From contig OY759599.1 in the NCBI GenBank assembly GCA_963662465.1, forward strand, positions 4,832,001-4,896,000: a stretch of DNA of 64,000 nt. The letters run 5' to 3'. The translations under genes and the position numbers were made by a program. The notes beneath the pieces are model-generated. The model searched no databases, was not told where the DNA came from, and was given only the letters and a program-made list of their open reading frames with translations. Positions 47,791-60,975 of this stretch are shown piece by piece. The stretch is from Desulfatiglandales bacterium. GTDB taxonomy: Bacteria > Desulfobacterota > DSM-4660 > Desulfatiglandales > Desulfatiglandaceae. How positions within the stretch are numbered: position 1 is the stretch's first letter; each line of letters opens with the position of its first letter.

Positions 47791-49767
47791 CTAACAGCTG
47801 CTTTTCAACAATACCTCTTTCAGCTTTTGCGATAGCCCTGCAATGGAAAAAGGTTTTTGAACAAACCCCTCAGCGCCGGCATCCAGAATTTCCCGGGCGG
47901 GGCCATCCAGCGCATATCCGCTGAAAACGACGACCTTGAGATCAGGGCGTGCGTTCATGATCAGGGGATACAGCTGGTTTCCACTCATATCCGGCAATTT
48001 GATATCCAGAAGCGCCATGTCGATGGTCCCCTCGTAGGAAATGGCTTTTTGGACGGCTTCCCTGCCGGTGACGGCTTCAAGCACGACATATCCGAGCCTT
48101 TTCAGGGTTTCACGCGTAATCTCCATGACGTCCGGTTCGTCTTCAATGACCAGGATTGTCCCTTCTCCCCGCACCGGCGCCTCGGCCTGCGTTTTACCGG
48201 ATGTTTTTGCGGCAACGGTTTCAACCTGAATTGCCGGCAGGATCATGTGGACTCGGGTTCCCTCGCCCCTCTGGGATTCCACCCATATGGATCCGTCATG
48301 ATTGGTCACAATGCCATAGACGGCGGCCATACCCAATCCCCGGCCGATAAAATGGGTGGTAAAAAAGGGCTCGAAAATACGGCTTCGGGTTTCTTCATCC
48401 ATCCCCTTGCCATTGTCGCTGATGGTGAGTTGGACGTAGGGTCCAGGCTTCATGCTCTCTTCGCGGGATAGGGCATCCATTTCCACATTTTCAGCGGAAA
48501 TCCTGATGCGGCCCTTTTCTTCAATGGCTTCGTTGGCGTTGGCCACGATGGCCGATATGACCATCTGCATCTGGGTGCGATCCGCTTTAACCTGCATCAG
48601 GTTCGGCGGGAGATCCGTTTCCAAACGGACAGAGGGTTTCAGGGTATGTTCAATCAGCGAAAGCGTGGCTTCCAGAAAATCCCGGATGGGGGTCGTTTGC
48701 AAATGGTAACGTCCCCCTCTGGCATAGGCCAACAACTGGCTGGTCAGGTGCGCCATTCGATGGGCCGAAGTCTTCATGTCCGCAATATTTCGGGAAAACC
48801 GTTGATCGCCGGGGAGATCCATCTCCAACAGACCGATATTTCCGGTAATAGCCGTGAGTGCGTTGTTGAACTGGTGCGCAATTCCGCCGGCCAGGGTGCC
48901 GAGGGCATCCATTTTCCGGGCCTGCTGGAGTTGTTCCATCTGTCGCTTTTTTTCGCTGATATCCCTTATAACCGCCAGGAGATGGGGGTTGCCCTTATGA
49001 ACAAAGAGACTGCCGCTGACGCTGACATGGAATGGGGCGCCATCCTTTCGGATATCCATCGATTCCGCTTCAAATGAGCCGTTTTTCTGCACATTGCGCT
49101 TAAACTCATCAAAAATATGATAAAAATCGGGATGTACGGTATCCTGGCCCGACAAGCCGACCAATTCATCATGCGCATAACCGTACATGTGGCAAGCAGC
49201 GGGATTGGCTTCCACAATGCGGCCGTCCAAGTCGAAAATAAGAAATGAATCGGTCGCGGCATTAACGATGCGGCGATATTGCACGTCCCGTTCGCGAAGA
49301 ATTTTTTCCGCCCGCTTCTGCTCTGTGACGTCCTGACCAAAGGCCGCCAGTTTGACCCCATGATCATTTTCAGAAAAAACCGGGTAAATGTTCCAGTTAA
49401 AGAAAGTTTCGTGGGTTTTCTCCGAAAAACGAACGGGTTGCTTTTTCAAGGCGGCCTTCAGGCATTGTTCTTTCCTAACGGTCGCTATTTTTTCGGGGAG
49501 CAAGTCATAGATGTTTTTGCCGACAATATCGGAAGGCTCTTTTCCCAATCCATGAGCTGCCGCGGCGTTAATAGCCAGTACCGTTCCATCCAACTCCAAC
49601 AACAGGGCATTGTCGTGAGTGGCATCAAACATGACCCGCAGGATGCCCTCTGCCTTTTCCATGGCGCTCCGGCCGGCGTCCTTCTCAAGTTGACGGCAAT
49701 GGATCACCTCTTTTTCCAGGCGCCCTACTTTTTTGACCAGTTCTTCATAGGTTGGCTTATGGCGCAT
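47791..49767 (-). CDS. PAS-PAS hybrid sensor histidine kinase / receiver
   Basis: Two PAS repeats, AGGIAHQFNN H-box, DNGKGM, FEPFFTT, GRGLGM, C-terminal REC (VIEDE, LLDI, QKP). Confidence 0.92.
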   Translation of the reverse strand: MRHKPTYEELVKKVGRLEKEVIHCRQLEKDAGRSAMEKAEGILRVMFDATHDNALLLELDGTVLAINAAAAHGLGKEPSDIVGKNIYDLLPEKIATVRKEQCLKAALKKQPVRFSEKTHETFFNWNIYPVFSENDHGVKLAAFGQDVTEQKRAEKILRERDVQYRRIVNAATDSFLIFDLDGRIVEANPAACHMYGYAHDELVGLSGQDTVHPDFYHIFDEFKRNVQKNGSFEAESMDIRKDGAPFHVSVSGSLFVHKGNPHLLAVIRDISEKKRQMEQLQQARKMDALGTLAGGIAHQFNNALTAITGNIGLLEMDLPGDQRFSRNIADMKTSAHRMAHLTSQLLAYARGGRYHLQTTPIRDFLEATLSLIEHTLKPSVRLETDLPPNLMQVKADRTQMQMVISAIVANANEAIEEKGRIRISAENVEMDALSREESMKPGPYVQLTISDNGKGMDEETRSRIFEPFFTTHFIGRGLGMAAVYGIVTNHDGSIWVESQRGEGTRVHMILPAIQVETVAAKTSGKTQAEAPVRGEGTILVIEDEPDVMEITRETLKRLGYVVLEAVTGREAVQKAISYEGTIDMALLDIKLPDMSGNQLYPLIMNARPDLKVVVFSGYALDGPAREILDAGAEGFVQKPFSIAGLSQKLKEVLLKSSC

Positions 49768-50030
49768 TAAAAATGGCCTCCAAATGTATTTATTTTAAGG
49801 AAATTCCACATTTTATGAAGTACCGGTAAACAGCAAACCCGGCAGTTATGAACAGATGATTGCAAATCCGAGGCGTTTGTCATATGATATTAAGTTCAAG
49901 GGAGATGAGGTTAACATAACGTGACGAGAACCCGACCTGAGACTTGTGATTAAAGGAATTATTCGTATTTGTCAATTATTTCCGTTACGAACGGTATCGT
50001 GAAGTGAAACTGAAATGAGGGAACAAGTCC

Positions 50031-50648
50031 ATGGCAACCCATTATGAAAAATTGATTCAAGAGAATCTGGATTCTTTTTTTGACGCGCTTCCACGGTATC
50101 CGGAACAGCGCCTGGGCGCTCAAAAAAATGGCCAAGGCTTTTCCCTTCGGGCTTTTGGGGAAGAAGCCTGGTTCGATCATGAGCAGGTGATGTTTTCCGG
50201 TATAAAAAGCATTGACCCCAAGGGCCTCCTGATCTCCCTTTATGCAGGGCATGCCGGTCTGGAAGAGATTCAGCTTGAACCTTACAAGGCCTTCAAGGAT
50301 TTCCCGGGGAGCATGCCCTATCACGGCGCCTTCAGTGCCAACAGCGAGCGGGTACTGATCCCCCATGTGCTTAAAATTCTGGAAAAAAAACAGGAAATTA
50401 TATCCTGCTTTGATGGAGAAGAGGGGTGGAGCGGCGATTTTTCCATGCTGCTTTACCCGCTTCCGAAGATTGCACTCCGCACCATTTTCTATCTGGCGGA
50501 TGACGAGTTTCCGCCATCGGCTACCTGCCTTTTTTCAGCCAATGCCCTCAATTTCATGCCCCTGGACGGTCTGGCCGATGTGGCGGAATACACCTCCAAA
50601 AAAATTATCCAAATGGTTTCGGGACCGGGACGTTCGGGTCATGGATGA
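50031..50648 (+). CDS. DUF3786-like protein
   Basis: AFKDFPGS-Y--AF, PLPKI, ADDEFPPSA-LF, LDGL pattern. Confidence 0.7.
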   Translation: MATHYEKLIQENLDSFFDALPRYPEQRLGAQKNGQGFSLRAFGEEAWFDHEQVMFSGIKSIDPKGLLISLYAGHAGLEEIQLEPYKAFKDFPGSMPYHGAFSANSERVLIPHVLKILEKKQEIISCFDGEEGWSGDFSMLLYPLPKIALRTIFYLADDEFPPSATCLFSANALNFMPLDGLADVAEYTSKKIIQMVSGPGRSGHG

Positions 50649-51711
50649 AAAATCCGTAAAAAGTGAAAAGCCCCCGTGGAAACGTCTGCTTTCGGAAAGC
50701 GTCGTGACCCTGGATGCACTGCCTCGACCCCCGGCCCACCGGGAAAAACTGGCGAGGGTCATTTCCCGGTATCCCATGCGCATCAACCCCTACTATCTCG
50801 GGCTCATTCAAGAAGAAAATGATCCCATATACCGGCAATGCGTGCCGGATATTCGTGAGATTGAAGATGTCGGGGGCGTGGTGGATCCCCTGCACGAAGA
50901 AGGGCATTCTCCGGTTTACGGGCTGACCCATCGGTATCCGGACCGGGTTCTCTTTCTGGTATCCGCGGAGTGCGCCATGTACTGCCGGTTCTGCAACCGG
51001 AAAAGAAAGGTGGGGCGCCCTTCAATGGTAACCGATGCGTCCATTGAGCAGGGAATTGATTATATCCGGGCGCACGAAGAAGTGCGGGATGTGCTTCTTT
51101 CCGGCGGGGATCCGCTGTTGCTGGAAGATGCCCGCCTGTGGGACATCCTGAGCGCCGTCCGTGCTATTTCGCACGTGGAAATCATACGGATCGGAACCCG
51201 GGTTCCCTGTACGCTGCCGCAGCGGGTCACACCGGAACTGGCCCGATTGCTTCAAAAATTTCATCCCCTCTATATAAATGTTCACTTCAATCATCCTGTT
51301 GAAATTACTTCCGAAGCCGCCGTGGCATGCAATCGCCTGGCCGATGCGGGGATACCCCTTGGATGCCAAACGGTCCTGCTGAAAGGGGTAAACGATAACC
51401 TCAAGATCATGGGGGCCCTGATGCGGAAACTCTTGACAATCAGGGTTAAACCCTATTATCTCTTTCATGGGGATCCGGCCCGGGGAACAAACCACTTCAG
51501 GACTTCGTTGAACCGGGGCTTGAATATCATGCGGGGGCTGCAAGGCCATACCTCCGGCCTTTCGGTCCCCCATTTTGCCATCGATCTTCTGGGCGGCGGC
51601 GGCAAGGTGCCGCTTTTGCCGGAATACCTTACGGGGCGGGACGGTGATGTTCTGCTGGCAACCAATTATGCAGGGAAACAGTACCGCCATCCCGATGGAA
51701 AGGATGATTGA
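50641..51711 (+). CDS. kamA: KamA-family radical SAM/PLP aminomutase (lysine 2,3-aminomutase-like)
   Basis: HRYPDR, CAMYCRFCNR, LSGGDPL, HFNHP, QTVLLKGVND, GGGKVP PLP lysine; start 50641. Confidence 0.85.
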   Translation: MDEKSVKSEKPPWKRLLSESVVTLDALPRPPAHREKLARVISRYPMRINPYYLGLIQEENDPIYRQCVPDIREIEDVGGVVDPLHEEGHSPVYGLTHRYPDRVLFLVSAECAMYCRFCNRKRKVGRPSMVTDASIEQGIDYIRAHEEVRDVLLSGGDPLLLEDARLWDILSAVRAISHVEIIRIGTRVPCTLPQRVTPELARLLQKFHPLYINVHFNHPVEITSEAAVACNRLADAGIPLGCQTVLLKGVNDNLKIMGALMRKLLTIRVKPYYLFHGDPARGTNHFRTSLNRGLNIMRGLQGHTSGLSVPHFAIDLLGGGGKVPLLPEYLTGRDGDVLLATNYAGKQYRHPDGKDD

Positions 51712-51740
51712 GGCGCCACAATAGGGAAGGAGATTCACAT

Positions 51741-53341
51741 ATGGTCAGAATTACGTGTTTGGGTGCAGCGGGAAGCGTTACCGGTTCCTGCTATCTGGTG
51801 GAATCGCCCAGTATGAAAAAAATCATGGTGGACTGTGGACTTTTTCAGGGTGGGAAACAGATGGAAAGCCGTAACTGGGAACCGTGGGGATTTGATCCCA
51901 AGGAAATTGAAATTCTGTTCCTTACCCACGCTCACGTGGACCATTGCGGTCGGATTCCAAAATTGGTAAAGGATGGATTTCAGGGGAAAATCATTACGTC
52001 TCCGCCCACCGCGGAATTATGTGAGATCATGCTGCTGGATGCGGCCCACATTCAGGAAATGGACGCCGAATGGCAGACCCGCAAAAATTCCCGTCAGGCC
52101 AAATTGGGGATTGAGCCCCTTTACACCACCGAGGATGCGGAAGCCAGTCTCAAGTACTTCAAGCCCCTGGAGAGAGACCAGATTTTGACCCTTGAACCGG
52201 GGGTGAAAGCCCGGCTGCGAAATGCGGGACATATCCTGGGCTCTTCCATTCTGGAACTGTGGATCGAGGAAAACGGTGAAACCATCAAGATCGTTTTTTC
52301 AGGTGATCTGGGCAAGAAGGACCAGTTGATTGTAAAGGATCCCCATGAGGTATTTGACGCCGACTATCTCTTTGTGGAGTCTACCTATGGGAATCGCCTC
52401 CACCGCAGTTTTGAAGATAGTAAATTGGAGTTGGTGGAAGCCATCAAATACAGCGTCAGCCATAACGAGAAAATTATTATTCCCGCCTTTGCAGTGGAGC
52501 GAACCCAGGAAATCCTCTATATTTTGGGAGAATTCCATCGACAGGGGCTTGTTCCCGATATCCCCATTTACCTGGATAGCCCCCTGGCCATCAAAGCGAC
52601 GAAAATATTCCGGGAAAATAAAAAATATTACGATGAAGAGGCAAGGGCCATTGTGGATGCGGGTTATGACCCTTTTGACATGCCCAATCTGAAATTTACC
52701 CTAACCACCCGTGAATCCATGGCCATCAATGAAAAGCCCGGGTCCGCCATCATCATTGCCGGCAGCGGCATGTGTACGGCGGGACGGATCAAGCACCACC
52801 TGAAGCACAATCTGTGGAGACCAGGCGCCAGCATCGTCATCGTGGGATTTCAGGCCAAAGGGACCACCGGAAGAAAAATCGTGGAGGGTGAAAAACAGGT
52901 CAAGATATTCCGGGAAAACGTGGCGGTCAGGGCAAAGGTTTTTCCCATCGGGGGATTTTCAGCCCACGCCGACCAGGCTGACCTCATTGAATGGGTTTCC
53001 CATTTTGAATCCAACCCGAAGGTTTTCATAGTACATGGCGAAGCCACGGCCAGCGAAACCCTGGCGCAGGTCATTCAGGAAAAACTCAACTTGATTACGC
53101 ATATCCCCAAGTGGAAAGAGCGCTTGATTCTTAAATTAAAAGAACTTTCGGTGGATGAACCGGCGCCCGAAAAAGAGGGTCCCGACATTAAAACCACTTT
53201 GCTCAACAACATCATCGATCTGGAAAATGAACTCAAGATTTTGCGGAAAAAACTGAAATCCGGAGAGCTTGACAAAGAGATCGGAGAAGAGCAAATCGAT
53301 CAGTTCCAGTATATTCAGGAAGAACTCAAATCTGTTCTCAT

Positions 53342-53345
<4 letters not shown>
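51741..53345 (+). CDS. MBL-fold beta-CASP ribonuclease
   Basis: THAHVDH, AGHILGS, SGDLG, ESTYG, FSAHAD, VHGE. Confidence 0.9.
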
Positions 53346-55266
<1,921 letters not shown>

Positions 55267-55268
55267 TT

Positions 55269-55967
55269 ATGTATTTAGATACCTTGATAGATTTATTAAA
55301 GAAAGAAGCTGAAGCCCGGGTGTTTCCGTGCATCCGGGAATTGATCATGGAAGGCCTTCATTCGGAGCGATTTTCTTCGGATGATTTGGTTCCTTCCCGG
55401 CAGGATATTACCCAGTTCGTGGCTGCCTGGTTCCGACACATCGGCATTCCGAAAGACCTTTGCCGGGAATGGATGATACCCTTCTGCACCGAACGTCTTT
55501 CCGCCATGAGTTCCAGTTCCCTTTCGCGGATTCGACACAGCACCAAATCCAACGTCAAATATATTTATAGATCCGAGGTTCCCTTTGAGTGCGGGGCCAA
55601 AAACAACCTCTTCAAGGCGTCATGTGCCGAAACCTGTCCCCTTTTCGACCAAATGACCGAAAAACATCAAAAGAAACTGGCGAAACAAGCGGAACAGGTA
55701 GAACGACGCTATGAACCCGAACGACTCGATCCAAAAGCGATTGAGGCCGGTAACGTCGCCGTTGGTTCGCTGAAGGAACAATACCAGGAACAGCTTGTCA
55801 AAGCCATGGAATTTGCGTGCGAAGAAGTAGCGAAAGGCGTCGCCAAAAAACATATTGTCAACATGTTAAATGAAAAGGGCTTTAAAACCCGAACTGGAAG
55901 AAGATGGAGCCAGGGCATTCTGAGCGGCGAATTAAAAAGGATCAGAGAAAAATCATCAAACCCGTGA
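55269..55967 (+). CDS. Hypothetical protein: primase C-terminal Fe-S-like domain plus recombinase-type DNA-binding motif
   Basis: FPC21...FEC108-x10-C119-x3-C123P; LNEKGFKTRTGRRW at the C-terminus; tightly packed between purA and mnmG. Confidence 0.65.
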   Translation: MYLDTLIDLLKKEAEARVFPCIRELIMEGLHSERFSSDDLVPSRQDITQFVAAWFRHIGIPKDLCREWMIPFCTERLSAMSSSSLSRIRHSTKSNVKYIYRSEVPFECGAKNNLFKASCAETCPLFDQMTEKHQKKLAKQAEQVERRYEPERLDPKAIEAGNVAVGSLKEQYQEQLVKAMEFACEEVAKGVAKKHIVNMLNEKGFKTRTGRRWSQGILSGELKRIREKSSNP

Positions 55968-55988
55968 GCGGAACAATGAATTCTCATC

Positions 55989-57851
55989 ATGAACACCTAT
56001 AACAAACCATACGATGTGATCGTGGTGGGCGCTGGTCATGCCGGTTGCGAGGCGGCCCTTGCCGCCGCGAGAATGGGACACCCGACCCTGCTGTTGACCA
56101 TCAACCTGGATCATGTGGCGGCCATGAGCTGCAATCCGGCCATTGGCGGATTGGCCAAGGGACATCTGGTCAAGGAGATCGATGCCCTTGGCGGTGAAAT
56201 GGCTCGAAATACCGATGAAACGGGCATTCAGTTCCGGCGGCTTAATACGCGGAAAGGTCTGGCGGTCCAGGGGTCCCGTTCCCAGAATGACCGCGATCTG
56301 TACCGAAAACGCATGAAGCGGGTGGTTGAAAGTACGCCGAACCTGGATATTCGGCAAGCCATGGTGGATCGTTTGCTGGTCAAAGACGGAAAAGTTTACG
56401 GCATTGAAACCCGAATTCACGAAAAATTCCTCGGGCGTACGGTCATCCTGACCAGCGGCACTTTTCTGCGGGGTTTGATACACATCGGTCTGGATCATTT
56501 TTCAGGCGGACGCCTGGGAGATCCAGCCTCCACCCGATTGCCCGGGCAATTGATGGAACTTGGGTTTGAACTGGGCCGGCTGAAAACCGGCACTACCCCT
56601 CGCCTTAACGGCAGAACCATCGATTACAAGGGATTGGAGGCACAGCCGGGGGATGAAAACCCCAAACCCTTTTCTTTTACAACCACCCATATCCCTTTGC
56701 CCCAGGTACCCTGTCATATAACCTATACCAACGCCAAAACCCACGATATCATCCGTGAGGGACTGGACCGTTCCCCCCTTTACAGCGGCATCATCGAAGG
56801 AACCGGCGCCCGCTATTGCCCCTCCATTGAAGACAAAATCGTGCGATTTGCCGATAAAGAGCGGCATCAGGTTTTTCTTGAACCGGAAGGACTGGAGACC
56901 CTTGAAATCTATCCCAACGGCCTGCCCACAAGCCTTCCCGTTGATATCCAGATCCGAATGATTCGCTCCATTCCGGGTCTGGAAAAGGCGGAAATTCTGC
57001 GTCCCGGTTATGCCATTGAATATGACTACATCGATCCGCTTCAACTGAAACCCACTCAGGAAACCAAACGGGTGTCCGGCCTGTTTCACGCCGGTCAGAT
57101 CAATGGGACCTCGGGGTACGAGGAAGCGGCGGCCCAGGGACTTTTGGCAGGCATCAATGCAGTTAAGAAGGTTCGTGGCGAGGCGCCGCTGATTCTTTCC
57201 CGATCAGAGGCCTATACCGGCGTACTCATTGACGATCTGGTGACAAAGGGCACCAAGGAGCCCTACCGGATGTTCACCTCTCGGGCGGAGTACCGTCTCC
57301 TTCTAAGAGAAGACAACGCCGATTTTAGGCTGCGGGATCTGGGGTATGACCTGGGGCTGGTGTCGCCGGAGGTTTACGCGAACTTTTGTCGAAAAAGAGA
57401 ACGGGTGCAAAACCTGCTGGAACGATTGAAGGAAACCCAGTTGAAACCCAGCCCCGGAATCCAGGACAAACTGAAAGAATTGGGAACGGCGCCCATCAAA
57501 AAAGCCACGTCCCTTGAACAACTGCTGAAACGGCCCGATATCTTTTTTGAACACCTCCATTTTTTTGACCCGGCACTGTCCAATGAAGATGAGGCCGTGT
57601 CAATGGAAGTGGAAACATCCGTGAAATATGACGGGTATATTCAGCGGCAGGAAAAACAGGTTGAAAAGATGAAGCATTTGGAGGCGGAGAGACTTCCCGA
57701 GGGAATCGATTACACAGCCGTTTACGGGTTGACCAACGAGGTGAGAGAGAAGCTCGGCAGGGTCAGACCCCTGTCCCTGGGGCAGGCTGCCAGGATTTCG
57801 GGGGTGACCCCGGCCGCCATCATGGCCATCCAGATACACCTGAAACGATGA
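55989..57851 (+). CDS. mnmG: tRNA uridine-5-carboxymethylaminomethyl(34) synthesis enzyme MnmG (GidA)
   Basis: [58 protein letters not shown]. Confidence 0.98.
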   Translation: MNTYNKPYDVIVVGAGHAGCEAALAAARMGHPTLLLTINLDHVAAMSCNPAIGGLAKGHLVKEIDALGGEMARNTDETGIQFRRLNTRKGLAVQGSRSQNDRDLYRKRMKRVVESTPNLDIRQAMVDRLLVKDGKVYGIETRIHEKFLGRTVILTSGTFLRGLIHIGLDHFSGGRLGDPASTRLPGQLMELGFELGRLKTGTTPRLNGRTIDYKGLEAQPGDENPKPFSFTTTHIPLPQVPCHITYTNAKTHDIIREGLDRSPLYSGIIEGTGARYCPSIEDKIVRFADKERHQVFLEPEGLETLEIYPNGLPTSLPVDIQIRMIRSIPGLEKAEILRPGYAIEYDYIDPLQLKPTQETKRVSGLFHAGQINGTSGYEEAAAQGLLAGINAVKKVRGEAPLILSRSEAYTGVLIDDLVTKGTKEPYRMFTSRAEYRLLLREDNADFRLRDLGYDLGLVSPEVYANFCRKRERVQNLLERLKETQLKPSPGIQDKLKELGTAPIKKATSLEQLLKRPDIFFEHLHFFDPALSNEDEAVSMEVETSVKYDGYIQRQEKQVEKMKHLEAERLPEGIDYTAVYGLTNEVREKLGRVRPLSLGQAARISGVTPAAIMAIQIHLKR

Positions 57852-59113
57852 TGAAAAGTCCTACGCACAGGTTTTTTTTTCTGGGAATATCCTTACTTTT
57901 GATCATTGGCGGATGTGGGGATGAACCGGTTTCCTCGAGGGAAAACGATGCCGCTGAAAAAAAGATGTCAGTGGATGGGAATCGGGGCGTTACCGTCCAA
58001 ATTGTTGAGGCGATTCCTCCTAAGGGACATATCGAATATGTGGGGGTCCTTGAGGCCTATCTTAAGGCGAAGGTTTCCAATGAAATCGGCGGAATGATCG
58101 AGGGGCTCTACTTTGAGAAAGGGGATCGGGTTCAAAAGGGCAACCGTTTGGCGGAAATCGGCAGCAGCAGCATGCGTCTTCAGGTGCGTGAAGCCGGCGC
58201 CTTAAGGGAGGCCGCGAAAAGCAATCTGAAAAAAATGGAAACCGGCAGCCGACCCCAGGAAATTCAAATTGCCGCGGCAACTGTAACGGAAGCGGAAGCG
58301 GCCCTCTCCGAAGCGGGAAAAAACTTCAAACGGATTGCCCGGCTTCATGAAATTCGCGCTGTTTCCAACAGCGACTACGACTCGGCGGAACGGCAGATGA
58401 GTACTGCCAATGCCAGGATGGCATCAGCAAAGCAGCAGCTTTCCCTGGCACAGCAGGGTCCGCGCGACGAAGATGTGGCTTCGGCCAGGGCCCAACTGGG
58501 GCAGGCGGAAGCCGCCATGGCACTGGCGGAGGACCGATTGAAAAAGTCCATCATTTGCGCCCCCTGTGCCGGAACCATTGCCTATCGGAGGGTAGAAGAG
58601 GGGGAGGTCATCCCGGCGGGGACCGCCATTACATCTGTGATTGGGCTGGATCAGCTTAAAATAAAGATTTCCCTGAACGAAAGGGACCTTCACATCCTCG
58701 AAAGCAGAAAACAGTTTGATGTTACGGTGGATGCGATTCCCGGTGAAAACTTTTCAGCCCGGGTTTTCTTCGTTTCTCCCACAGCCGAATCCAACACCCG
58801 GTTCTTTCCACTGGAACTGATGGTGGAACAAGTCGACCCTCGCATGGCGGATGGGATGACGGCGAGAATAAAATTTCCCATTGTGGGCAAACGGAAATCC
58901 CTCAAAATTCCCGCAAGCTGGTTGGCCGAGGAAAACGGGGCGGTGGGTCTCTTTGTTGAAACCAATGGCAAAGCGCTTTTTAAACCGGTTCGTATGGGGT
59001 CCTATTACGACAATCGGGTGGAAATTCTCTCAGGCCTGGAAAACAGGGAACGGGTTATTACCAATCCCGCCGGGCTCAGGAATGGCGATCCGGTGGATAT
59101 CATAGCGCATTAA
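57848..59113 (+). CDS. Efflux membrane fusion protein (periplasmic adaptor), lipoprotein
   Basis: Lipobox IIGGC, lipoyl halves (GDRVQKG; APCAGTI), long coiled-coil hairpin, VEILSGL. Confidence 0.85.
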   Translation: MMKSPTHRFFFLGISLLLIIGGCGDEPVSSRENDAAEKKMSVDGNRGVTVQIVEAIPPKGHIEYVGVLEAYLKAKVSNEIGGMIEGLYFEKGDRVQKGNRLAEIGSSSMRLQVREAGALREAAKSNLKKMETGSRPQEIQIAAATVTEAEAALSEAGKNFKRIARLHEIRAVSNSDYDSAERQMSTANARMASAKQQLSLAQQGPRDEDVASARAQLGQAEAAMALAEDRLKKSIICAPCAGTIAYRRVEEGEVIPAGTAITSVIGLDQLKIKISLNERDLHILESRKQFDVTVDAIPGENFSARVFFVSPTAESNTRFFPLELMVEQVDPRMADGMTARIKFPIVGKRKSLKIPASWLAEENGAVGLFVETNGKALFKPVRMGSYYDNRVEILSGLENRERVITNPAGLRNGDPVDIIAH

Positions 59114-59146
59114 GCTTTAGAGATCTAAGAGGATGGAGGCAAGCTC

Positions 59147-59482
59147 ATGAAGATTAGCAATATCGGCCGGAAAAAGGATTTTATCGTGATTGCGGTTGAA
59201 GGACGGATGGACGCTGTTTCCGCGCCGGAATTTGAAAAATTTCTCAATAACCTCATTGCGGATGGTGCGATACGGATCATCGTGAATTTTGAAGCCCTTG
59301 ACTATATCAGCAGTGCGGGTCTTCGAAGCGTTTTGATTACCGCTAAAAAAATTCAGAGCAAGGGCGGGGAAATTCTGGTGGTGTCCCTTCGAGACACGGT
59401 CAAGGAAATATTTGAAATATCGGGGTTCAGCACCATTATTCCCATCCATGGGTCCGTGGATACTGCCCTTAAAACCCCTTGA
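59147..59482 (+). CDS. STAS-domain anti-sigma factor antagonist
   Basis: GRMDAVSA, LDYISSAGLR (phospho-Ser), IFEISGF. Confidence 0.92.
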   Translation: MKISNIGRKKDFIVIAVEGRMDAVSAPEFEKFLNNLIADGAIRIIVNFEALDYISSAGLRSVLITAKKIQSKGGEILVVSLRDTVKEIFEISGFSTIIPIHGSVDTALKTP

Positions 59483-59606
59483 TGTAATACCCTTCATCTT
59501 TTGATGGCCTCCAAAAATCCGTTGACAAAAACTGGATCAAGGCCCATGTTGGAATCCGGTCATTTTCAACAATTGATCCCGCAGTTTTTTTCATGGAGAA
59601 ATAATT

Positions 59607-59912
59607 ATGATAAGACTTGAAATAAAATCCGATTTTGAAGATGCTGAATCACTTATCAGGTCAGCAGTTTATTCCGAGATAAAAAGGTTTGAAATAGGAC
59701 TAAACAGAACCGACAGGGAAATCAGAAAATTTGAAGACAAATATCAGATATCTTCCGACATATTTGTCAAAAAATATACGGCTGAGGATATGGATGGCGG
59801 AGATGATGAGTATGTTAGTTGGATGGGAGAGATAAAAATTAGGCGGAAGATTGCTGGAGAACTAAGCAGACTAAAAGAGACAGAATATGTTGCTCAGCGA
59901 ATATCTGCATGA
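59607..59912 (+). CDS. Putative antitoxin / partner of the DUF6516 protein
   Basis: FEDKYQISSDIF...DDEYVSW pattern; overlaps the downstream DUF6516-like gene. Confidence 0.6.
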   Translation: MIRLEIKSDFEDAESLIRSAVYSEIKRFEIGLNRTDREIRKFEDKYQISSDIFVKKYTAEDMDGGDDEYVSWMGEIKIRRKIAGELSRLKETEYVAQRISA

Positions 59913-60270
59913 AATCACGGAAACAGTCGGAGAACTGGCAGAAACGGGTTTGATCCTGTCCTCCGAGCTAACCGCCGATTTCAGGACAAAAAAGATCGGT
60001 CTGATAAAAGGTGTGCTGTCATTTTCCGACGACTCGAAACTTTTTTTCAGAGAATACCTTGATCTGCGTTATAAAACCGAAAAAGAGACTTATTCTTTCC
60101 ACTATCAGAATCAGAACGGCGGTTTAATATTCCGCTACGACAATGCCGCCCACAAGCCTTCCCCCGGTTTCACAGATCACAAACATGTCGGAGAACAGGT
60201 TGTTCAGGCCGAAATTCCAAATCTGAGAGAAGTTTTGGAAGAAATCATAAATGACCACCTGACAGTATAA
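59887..60270 (+). CDS. DUF6516 (TumE-like) putative toxin
   Basis: YSFHYQ...LIFRYDNAAH...HKH motif. Confidence 0.7.
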   Translation: MLLSEYLHEITETVGELAETGLILSSELTADFRTKKIGLIKGVLSFSDDSKLFFREYLDLRYKTEKETYSFHYQNQNGGLIFRYDNAAHKPSPGFTDHKHVGEQVVQAEIPNLREVLEEIINDHLTV

Positions 60271-60536
60271 TATTTGAAAACTTTTGGCGAATTCAACGCT
60301 GCTCGTGCCAAGGTAAACCCAAAACCTTGGGAACACATGTAAAACGGGATGAAATTGATTATCGTTGCCAAAAAAGAAGATGGCGATGGCGAACCACAAG
60401 CGCTCCACCAAACGCCTGATGCTTCAGCGGTTCCAGCGGGGGCCGGTGGAGGCGCTGGTGACCTTAACGTTGGAACGCTGAATTCACGGATGAACTTCGA
60501 GGAAGAGGAAAGGTGTTTGAAGGACGGTATCAAACC

Positions 60537-60962
60537 ATGACGAAAATTGTGCTGCCGGCCAAGATGGAAAACCTCGAAAAGTCGCTTGAATTTATTGATG
60601 ACCAGGCATGCTCTTTAGGATTTCTCCATCGACGGATTGGGGAAATTCGACTAGCCGCGGAAGAGGTTCTGGTCAATATCTTTTGCTACGCTTACCCGAA
60701 GGCGGACGGTGATGTCGCCATCTATTGTCATGGGGAGAATGATGTTTTCATTCTTGAGATTCTGGATCGGGGCATTCCGTTTAACATTCTGGCGGCGCCC
60801 GGTCCGGATGTCCAAGCCTGCCTGGATGACCGTTGCGTGGGGGGGTTGGGGATCCATTTTGTAAAGCAGATGACAACCGAAACCCGGTATGTGAGGGAGA
60901 AAGGGCAAAATCGGTTGATTCTGATTTTTGGAAAGTATCGTCAAAAACAGCACCCTTTATGA
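60537..60962 (+). CDS. RsbW-like anti-sigma factor / Ser kinase (HATPase_c_2)
   Basis: LAAEEVLVNI-YAY, DRGIPFN, GGLGIHFV. Confidence 0.9.
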   Translation: MTKIVLPAKMENLEKSLEFIDDQACSLGFLHRRIGEIRLAAEEVLVNIFCYAYPKADGDVAIYCHGENDVFILEILDRGIPFNILAAPGPDVQACLDDRCVGGLGIHFVKQMTTETRYVREKGQNRLILIFGKYRQKQHPL

Positions 60963-60975
60963 AAGGATAGAAAAA

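Noticed and set aside
60349..60540. 63-aa ORF before the RsbW-like gene
   Set aside because: Low complexity and no recognisable family; may be a remnant but unsupported.
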